Part shown: positions 55,450 to 64,000 of the stretch, piece by piece | Position numbering within the stretch: position 1 is the first letter of the stretch | Layout: each line of letters begins with the position of its first letter | Origin: Aotus nancymaae | Lineage: Eukaryota | DNA length: 64,000 nucleotides | Assembly: GCF_030222135.1 (NCBI RefSeq) | Contig: NW_026988422.1 | Coordinates: 32,746,919 to 32,810,918 of the forward strand | Reading direction: 5' to 3' | The notes under the pieces: generated by a model | Told to the model about the DNA's origin: nothing | Seen by the model: the letters and a program-made list of their open reading frames with translations, nothing else | The model's database searches: none | Position numbers and translations under genes: made by a program

Positions 55450-55745
55450 TTTTTCTTTTTGAGACAGAGTTTTGCTCTTGTCGCCCACGCTGGAGTGCAG
55501 TGGCACAGTCTTGGCTCACTGCACCTTCCACCTCCCAGGTTTGAGCAATTCTCCTGCTCAGCCTCCTAAGTAGCTGGGATTATAGGCGCCCACCACCCTG
55601 CCCAGCTAATTTTGTTGTATTTTTAGTAGAGACGGGGTTTCACCATGTTGGCTGGGCTGGTCTCAAAATTCTGACCTCAGGTGATCCACCCGACACGGCC
55701 TCCCAAAGTGATGAGATTACAGGCATGAGCCACCCTGGTCAGTGT
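55450..55745 (-). mobile_element. Alu, minus orientation (intron 43)
   Basis: tttttctttttgagacagagttttgctcttgtcgcccacgctggagtgcagtggcacagtcttggctcactgcacc ... gagattacaggcatgagccaccctggtc. Confidence 0.9.
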
Positions 55746-56004
55746 AAGTCCTTTATGTAGATGCATTTAGCGCCACAACCACCATATCCGATAGGTACAT
55801 TATTATTATACTCACTAAATAGTTGAGAAACCTAAGGCTCAGAAAGAGAAACAGATTACAAAGCACAAAGTAATGAGGGTGGATCTAGGATTTGAACCCA
55901 GGCTCTTAATTACATGGCTTACTGCCTTCCACCCTGTATGATAAACATACAGAAATGCTGGAGGGATGCTGATAATCCCATTGCTCTGACTTCTGACTCT
56001 GCAG

Positions 56005-56112
56005 ATATCCTGCTCCAGTGATGGCTCTGTGGGGCTCTGGGACCCAGAGTCGGGACAGCAGCTTGGTCAGTTCCTGGGTCATCAGAGTGCTGTGAGCGCC
56101 GTGGCAGCTGTG
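56005..56112 (+). CDS. TEP1: TEP1 exon 44 (WD40)
   Basis: Acceptor ctctgcAG. Encodes ISCSSDGSVGLWDPESGQQLGQFLGHQSAVSAVAAV. Donor GTG|GTAAGA. Confidence 0.85.
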
Positions 56113-56221
56113 GTAAGAAGGCAGTGGAGAGCTCACTGGGGGTCTCTGGGAGGTCTAAGGGGGCTTTGGGAGACTGGGTGCATTGAGTATCTAATCCCAG
56201 AGGCAAAATGAGCATAAAGAA

Positions 56222-56752
<531 letters not shown>

Positions 56753-57023
56753 AAAGTAGAAAAAGAAAAGGAGATACTCGGGACTGGATTATGGTGTTGA
56801 AGCTAAGGGTTGGTGTAAAGGGAGAGAGGGGAGCATGAAAACACAGCATCTTAGTATCATGACCTTGAGGCAGTCCTGAGCCACCCAACCTCACTGTTCC
56901 TGAGTTCTCCTCCCTCATTGACATTTTCCATGCCCCGATGCTCAACCCACCTCTGTGGAGGAAGTTCTGTTTCCCATGTCCTGCTCAATATGACTCTGCT
57001 CTGATCTTGTGTTCTGGGGGCAG

Positions 57024-57156
57024 GAGGAGCACGTGGTGTCTGTGGGCCGGGATGGCACCTTGAAAGTGTGGGACCATCAAGGCGTGGAGCTGACCAGCAT
57101 CCCTGCCCACTCAGGACCCATTAGCCACTGTGCAGCTGCTCTGGAGCCCCGCGCAG
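57024..57156 (+). CDS. TEP1: TEP1 exon 45 (WD40)
   Basis: Acceptor ggggcAG. Encodes EEHVVSVGRDGTLKVWDHQGVELTSIPAHSGPISHCAAALEPRA. Donor CAG|GTAACA. Confidence 0.85.
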
Positions 57157-57249
57157 GTAACAAAACATCAGCCACCTCCCGTTCCCTGCTGCCTCTTCTT
57201 TTCTCCCCGCTCCATCCCTTCTTGTTACTGAGTCTCTGTGTATTATCAG

Positions 57250-57326
57250 CTGGACAGCCTGGATCAGAGCTTCTGGTGGTGACCATTGGGCTGGATGGGG
57301 CTGCACGGTTATGGCATCCACTCTTG
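57250..57326 (+). CDS. TEP1: TEP1 exon 46 (WD40)
   Basis: Acceptor attatcAG. Encodes (A)GQPGSELLVVTIGLDGAARLWHPLL. Donor TTG|GTGAGT. Confidence 0.85.
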
Positions 57327-57429
57327 GTGAGTTCCTGCAAGGACCAGGGTCAGTGGAGGTGGGGAAGATATGTGGGATAACTTTCTGTTGTGCCCACTCC
57401 CATGAACCCATCTCATCCCTTCCTCCTAG

Positions 57430-57562
57430 GTGTGCCAAACCCACACCCTCCTGGGACACAGTGGCCCAGTCCGTGCAGCTGCTGTTTCAGAAACCTCAGG
57501 CCTCCTGCTGACTGCCTCTGAGGATGGTTCTGTACGACTCTGGCAGGTTCCTAAGGAAGCAG
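57430..57562 (+). CDS. TEP1: TEP1 exon 47 (WD40)
   Basis: Acceptor ctcctAG. Encodes VCQTHTLLGHSGPVRAAAVSETSGLLLTASEDGSVRLWQVPKEA. Donor CAG|GTGAGT. Confidence 0.85.
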
Positions 57563-57684
57563 GTGAGTGAGACATGGAAAGAGACAGGGTATGTTACTGG
57601 TACAAAAAAAGGTCGAGGGTAGCCTGATATCTCTTATCCCAGCAATATCTGAGCTTCTAATGAAACACTTCCTTTCTTCTCCAG

Positions 57685-57821
57685 ATGACACATGTATACC
57701 AAGGAGTTCTGCAGCCATCACTGCTGTGGCTTGGGCACCAGACGGTTCCATGGCAGTATCTGGAAATCAAGCTGGGAAACTAATCTTGTGGCAGGAAGCT
57801 AAGGCTGTGGCCACAGCACAG
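57685..57821 (+). CDS. TEP1: TEP1 exon 48 (WD40)
   Basis: Acceptor ttctccAG. Encodes (D)DTCIPRSSAAITAVAWAPDGSMAVSGNQAGKLILWQEAKAVATAQ. Donor CAG|GTGAGT. Confidence 0.85.
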
Positions 57822-57970
57822 GTGAGTCGGTGTACCCTCAGTTCTTTGTGTAAATTCTTCCCTGGCTGTGTATTTACTGGGGGTTAGAGGTTGCATATCT
57901 GGCTGGGAGGGAAAAGATGGTTCATCCTGGCTCGTCAGGAGCACTAAATTGAACTCGTTATGTGTACCAG

Positions 57971-58095
57971 GCTCCAGGCCACATTGGTGCTCTGATCTGG
58001 TCCTCGACACGCACCTTTTTTGTCCTCAGCGCTGATGAGAAAATCAGCGAGTGGCAAGTGAAACTGCAGCAGGGTTCGGCATCCGGAAATTTCAG
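57971..58095 (+). CDS. TEP1: TEP1 exon 49 (WD40)
   Basis: Acceptor gtaccAG. Encodes APGHIGALIWSSTRTFFVLSADEKISEWQVKLQQGSASGNF. Donor CAG|GTGAAA. Confidence 0.85.
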
Positions 58096-59158
58096 GTGAA
58101 ACAAGCTGATGGGTTAATATGATAGAAACAGTAGTCTCCTCACTCCTGACATTTTACCCAAATTACTACTTCTGAACTAGGTCAATCGGATGTTAGTTAC
58201 TGAGCAGGACATTATTTTCTGCTTCTGGCAATGTAAATGAATAATTCTCAGTGCCTACTTGATGTCAAGCACTGGGCCAGGCAATATGAACCAGTTACAG
58301 ATTAAATTCATTATTTAACTAAGGAAGCTCACTGTAGAAGAATGGGCATATAATTAAACCACCAGCACTATTCAAACTGACTAGTGCTATAATGAAGATA
58401 AGTGCACGCATGCACACACACACACACACACACACTCCTGGGGCTTCAAAATTTGAGAATTGTGGAAAGGAGTTGGTATTTAACGTTGGACACTTACAGA
58501 ATGAGTAGGAGTTTTCTGGACCAGCAAGAAAAGGGAACAGTGTTTCAGGAAAAGGAACGAACATGTACAGAAGATATGGAGCTATTGATAGTGTGTAGTA
58601 TATTCTGGGTATAGCCAGGTCCTTGGAATCCTGGTGGGAGTAAGGGAAATTGGATTGAAAAGATAAACTGGGCTCAGGCTGTAGAGGACACAGTGCTAAG
58701 AATTTTGAGTGGAATAATTATCTGGATTTTATAAAGAAAACTCTGGTGGCAGTATGGAAGATGGATGGTAGTAGAGAGATACTAAAGTTAAGGAGACCAT
58801 ATTTACACCTGTAGCTATAGCCTAGAAAAGACATAATGTGGGCCTGACTGGGGCTGTGGAGATGAGAAAGGAACATACAGATTTAGGCATGTGTTGCATC
58901 CACAGGCCTTATTGATGAGTTGGAGGTAGAGAGGGAAGGCAAAGCCAAGAATGTTAGCGATTCCTAGTTTGAGCAAGTAACAGGTTGGCGCTGATGAATA
59001 CTAACTTTGAAAAAAACAGAAAATGGAACAGGATTTTCAGGGAAGGTGATACATTTTGCTTTATACTTCAGTCTTGAGGAATTCATGTAGGATTGAGGAG
59101 CCTGATAGAGGTTAACTAAAGTAGGATCTTTCTCTGTCCGTGTACTTTTTTGAGCTAG

Positions 59159-59302
59159 TCTTCACCTGAACCGAATTCTACAGGAGGACTTAGGGGTGCT
59201 GACAAGTCTGGGCTGGGCTCCTGATGGTCACTTTCTAATCTTGGCCAAAGCGGATTTGAAGTTACTTTGCATGAAGCCAGGGGATGCTCCGTCTGAAATC
59301 TG
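59159..59302 (+). CDS. TEP1: TEP1 exon 50 (WD40)
   Basis: Acceptor gagctAG. Encodes (S)LHLNRILQEDLGVLTSLGWAPDGHFLILAKADLKLLCMKPGDAPSEI. Donor CTG|GTAAGA. Confidence 0.8.
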
Positions 59303-59444
59303 GTAAGATCCAAAATGCTGAGTTAGTGATTATCCTCAGGTTGAGTCCAACTTAAAAGAAAACACTGGAGTCTTAAAGAGAGGCGTTTCTCTCTTTACCT
59401 CTCTTTAAATCCTGAGCTTAGCCTATTCCTCTCTTGTAAACCAG

Positions 59445-59541
59445 GAGCAGCTATACAGAAAATCCTATGATACTGTCCACCCACAAGGAGTATGGCATAT
59501 TTGTCCTGCAGCCCAAGGACCCTGGAGTTCTTTCTTTCTTA
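59445..59541 (+). CDS. TEP1: TEP1 exon 51 (WD40)
   Basis: Acceptor taaaccAG. Encodes (W)SSYTENPMILSTHKEYGIFVLQPKDPGVLSFL. Donor TTA|GTAAGT. Confidence 0.8.
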
Positions 59542-60354
59542 GTAAGTCCTATTTGAGTGTGCTAAAGCAAACATTTGTCTAGGACCAGTGTTTTTACACC
59601 TTGGGGCCCATCATGGAGGATAGGGGAAGGGAAAGGCAGTTGGCTGCAAATCCTCCTATCCTCCTTCAACTGGAGCAGTTCTAATTTAGGACATTATATA
59701 TTGGATGCCCATGTAAGATGTCATTGGTACAAGAAAGGACTCTACTGTTTTAAAAAGCCATGGAAAACCATAAACCTAGAAGTTTTCTCGATTGCATTTT
59801 CCCCCATGTCTCTCTTGTCTTGCCCCTGTGAATATTAGCATCTTGAGGGCAAGGACTACACCTTGTTTTTGTCATCAGAATTAGCAGTTACCTAATAGAT
59901 GTTCATCACTTTTTGAATTGAGTGAGCCAAAGCTAGCTGTTCACTTCACATGCAGGTTCCTGGGAGCCTTTTCTTTCTGGGAAGGTTATTAAATCCTGAC
60001 CTGCTGCCTACTAAAGTTACCTACTAAAGCTTATTCATGACCCATGATTCCACTCCTAAATATATACCCAAGAGAAAGGAGTACATATATTCGCCGAAGC
60101 CAGGTACAAGAATCTTCATAGCAACTTTATTCATCATAGCTAAATATTAATAAATAGAAAGGGGATAAATAATTTGTGGTATATTTATACAATGGAATGC
60201 TACATGGCAAAAAAATTAATGTGATACTGCATGCTGATTAATGGAATAATACAGAAATACCTGATAGACATTATTCTGGGCAAAGGAAGCCTGTTACAAA
60301 GGAGGACATGCTATATAATTTCACCCAAATGAAGTTCAAGAACAAGTAAGACTA

Positions 60355-60912
<558 letters not shown>

Positions 60913-61030
60913 TAAGACGGGGTTTCACCGTGTTGGTCAGGCTGTTCTTGAACTCATGACCTCAGGTGATCCACCCGCCTTGGCCTCCAGAGTGCTTGGA
61001 TTACAGGTGTGAGCCACCATGCCCGGCCCA
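60913..61030 (-). mobile_element. partial Alu, minus orientation, abutting the microsatellite
   Basis: tttaagacggggtttcaccgtgttggtcaggctgttcttgaactcatgacctcaggtgatccacccgccttggcctccagagtgcttggattacaggtgtgagccaccatgcccggcc. Confidence 0.85.
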
Positions 61031-61195
61031 AGTATATATATATATTTGTGCACTTGATTGTATCTAAGTTATAGTTACATAAAAATAAAAAATAATAAAA
61101 AAAATCCTGACCAGCTCAGAGCAGAAAACTGTGCTTTGTCTGGTACAAGTTGACTGGTATGGGTAGGCTAAACAAAATTACCTATCCTTTCACAG

Positions 61196-61301
61196 AGGCA
61201 AAAAGAATCAGGAGAGTTTGAAGAGAGCCTGAATTTTAATATAAACTTAGAGAATCCTAGTAGGATGCTAATATCGATAACTCAAGCCAAACCTGAATCT
61301 G
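61196..61301 (+). CDS. TEP1: TEP1 exon 52
   Basis: Acceptor tttcacAG. Encodes RQKESGEFEESLNFNINLENPSRMLISITQAKPES. Donor CTG|GTGAGT. Confidence 0.8.
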
Positions 61302-61406
61302 GTGAGTGGTAACAGAAGGACCTGAGGAACCTGGGGATGGCCCAGGGTGGATGGCAGATCCCTCAAGGCCTGAGACTTGGCTCTAATTCTGTCCTTAAAA
61401 TGGCAG

Positions 61407-61621
61407 AGTCCTCATTTTTGTGTGCCAGCTCTGATGGGATGCTATGGAACCTGGCCAAATGCAACCCAGAAGGAGAATGGACCACAGGTAACATCTGGCA
61501 GAAAGAAGTAAACACTCCTGAAACCCAAACTCCAGAGACAGACCAATCTACACGAAGGGAATTTGATGCCAACATGGACAGCGAGCCAATACCACATTTA
61601 AATACACGGCAGCGTAGAAAG
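61407..61621 (+). CDS. TEP1: TEP1 exon 53
   Basis: Acceptor atggcAG. Encodes (E)SSFLCASSDGMLWNLAKCNPEGEWTTGNIWQKEVNTPETQTPETDQSTRREFDANMDSEPIPHLNTRQRRK. Donor AAG|GTGAGT. Frame anchored by ORF-track 61337..61714. Confidence 0.85.
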
Positions 61622-61750
61622 GTGAGTTTGAAGGAAGAGTCAGAAATATTAGGGGAGGAGGGCTGTAGGTCTGACACAGCACACTTTGATGGTTCCCTGA
61701 GGAGGGTCCCCTGAAAACTCACTATCCTGCTCTCCTCCTTCCTCTTTGAG

Positions 61751-61855
61751 ATTCACTCGGGCTCTGTCACAGCCCTCCATGTGCTACCTGAGTTGCTGGT
61801 GACAGCTTCAAAGGACAGAGATGTTAAGATATGGGAGAGACCCAGTATGCAGCTG
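61751..61855 (+). CDS. TEP1: TEP1 exon 54
   Basis: Acceptor ctttgAG. Encodes IHSGSVTALHVLPELLVTASKDRDVKIWERPSMQL. Donor CTG|GTAAGT. Confidence 0.85.
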
Positions 61856-61857
61856 GT

Positions 61858-61908
61858 AAGTGTGTGTATGTGTGTCTGTGTGTCTGTGTCTGTGTCTGTG
61901 TGTGTGCA
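61858..61908. repeat. imperfect (GT)n / (TGTC)n microsatellite starting 3 nt after exon 54 donor
   Basis: gtaagtgtgtgtatgtgtgtctgtgtgtctgtgtctgtgtctgtgtgtgtgcac directly follows the CTG|GTAAGT donor. Confidence 0.9.
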
Positions 61909-62108
61909 CACCTATCCCAAAGGGATGTCACAAGACAGCAACCTTAGGGTAAGAAAGGGTCAAAGATCAAAATTCTGTTTTCTTCAGTCACTTGCAATGT
62001 GTGACCAACCTATTTCTAAATAAACAGAATTAATGTGAGAAAAAAATAAGTTAGTAAGGAGGCCCTAGGCTTTAGCCCTCATCTCCCCCATTTTTGTTCC
62101 CATTGTAG

Positions 62109-62231
62109 CTGGGCCTGTTCCAATGCGAAGGATCAGTGAGCTGCCTGGAACCTTGGCTGGGCGCTAACTCCACCCTGCAGCTTGCCGTGGGAGACGTGCA
62201 GGGCAATGTGTACTTTCTGTCCTGGGAATGA
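62109..62231 (+). CDS. TEP1: TEP1 exon 55, terminal coding part; stop TGA 62229-62231; 3'UTR continues downstream
   Basis: Acceptor cattgtAG. Encodes LGLFQCEGSVSCLEPWLGANSTLQLAVGDVQGNVYFLSWE*. Summed CDS of exons 2-55 is 7872 nt with no internal stop. Confidence 0.85.
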   Translation: MGLFQCEGSVSCLEPWLGANSTLQLAVGDVQGNVYFLSWE

Positions 62232-62342
62232 AGATGTGCTACTCAGGGGAAAGATGATACCCCTTGTGCTAGAGATGCAAAGCCCGAAGACACCGATAGC
62301 TTTTAATTATTATAAAATTAATAATTTCTTAATAATTATAAA

Positions 62343-62348
62343 AATAAA
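62343..62348 (+). terminator. TEP1: candidate polyadenylation signal AATAAA in the TEP1 3'UTR (proximal site; the transcript may run further)
   Basis: aaaatAAAgtgtc lies about 110 nt after the stop in an AT-rich stretch. No other canonical hexamer between the stop and the downstream Alu cluster. Confidence 0.3.
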
Positions 62349-62964
62349 GTGTCAAAACATCTCAAGTGTAGGCCTGCCTGTATTCTCATGTGGATTCAGA
62401 ACAGGAGGGAAGTATATGGATATTCTAATGTGTGTCTCTTCTAATTTAACTTTAATTCTTACTAGAACCACAAGAAAGTGAATGAAATCTTTAGTAGGTA
62501 CTCTTTGAAACTAGGTTTTAGAATTCTTGTGTTACTTGTGGGCCCTAGGACCCTAGGATGCCATTCTTGCCAGGAGGAAGAATGAGAGCAATGTCGGCCA
62601 ACTTTCAGTTTGAACAGAGTGGTTCATCAGGAAAGAATGAGGGAGGGAGAATAAGTCAGTCATGCATCAGGGCATTTAGAAAGAACTGTAATAGAGTTAG
62701 GATAACATTACACTACATTCCTCTCAGAGACAGCCCTTTTCTCAGAACTACCCAGATGAGAGGTGAGGAGTCAAGCCACTGAAAGTGGAACAAACCTTCT
62801 GGTTTTCCCAACTTTTGAGACTTGACTTTCAAACTTTAGTCAGTATGGTAATTGGCATTCTCAGAAGAGATCACAAAAGTGTCTTTCTCTCTCAAATTGA
62901 AATACACAAAGATTAAAACTAAAACTAATTGAGAGGTGGCACAGTCATAGCCATGAACTCTGAT

Positions 62965-63722
<758 letters not shown>

Positions 63723-63929
63723 GAAAGAACCTCCTTATATTCCTAAAATTCGATCACATGGAAGAATCTATTGAGCAACTTAGTCTTTGCTTAACTTTCT
63801 TCCTCCCTATTATTCCAGCCTTAGCTGGGGTGGTTTTGTAGAATTTTCAGAGCATGGAAGACAGACAACTAGAGCTTCCTCCTGCCCTTGGCCCATGCTT
63901 TTAGGAGAGCAAAAGGCAAAATATTTCTT

Positions 63930-64000
63930 GAGACGGAGTCTCACTCTGTCTCTCAGACTGGAGTGCAGTGGCGTTATCTCAAGCAATTCTCCTGCCTCAG
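63930..64000 (-). mobile_element. start of a further minus-orientation Alu running off the window end
   Basis: ttcttgagacggagtctcactctgtctctcagactggagtgcagtggcgttatctcaagcaattctcctgcctcag. Confidence 0.8.

Noticed and set aside
62021-62026. AATAAA hexamer at about 62021 as a TEP1 polyA signal
   Set aside because: It lies in intron 54, upstream of the last coding exon (62109-62231), so it cannot be the main gene's terminator.

Overview
This 64 kb window is primate nuclear DNA, so the requested search for a bacterial-style system does not apply; I see no undescribed system here. It carries about 60 Alu elements, two MaLR-type LTRs and several microsatellites, and its gene order matches the human 14q11.2 KLHL33-TEP1 locus. 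On the plus strand it holds the last three coding exons of the BTB-kelch gene KLHL33 (519-2360, stop at 2358-2360). A repeat-rich gap of about 15 kb follows, ending in a CpG-island promoter at about 17080-17520. Essentially the whole TEP1 gene then runs from about 17150 to 62350. I rebuilt a 55-exon model from splice sites and reading-frame continuity, using stop and start codons in the supplied six-frame ORF track as coordinate anchors. All 54 coding exons have GT-AG introns and compatible phases. They sum to 7872 nt, which is 2623 codons plus a stop; this compares with 2627 residues for human TEP1 as I recall it. The domain order is the known one: an N-terminal 30-residue repeat array, then TROVE, NACHT and a long WD40 region. 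Exon boundaries that are not tied to an ORF-track anchor may be off by 1-2 nt. The observations worth a second look are structural and small-scale; they are listed as findings.
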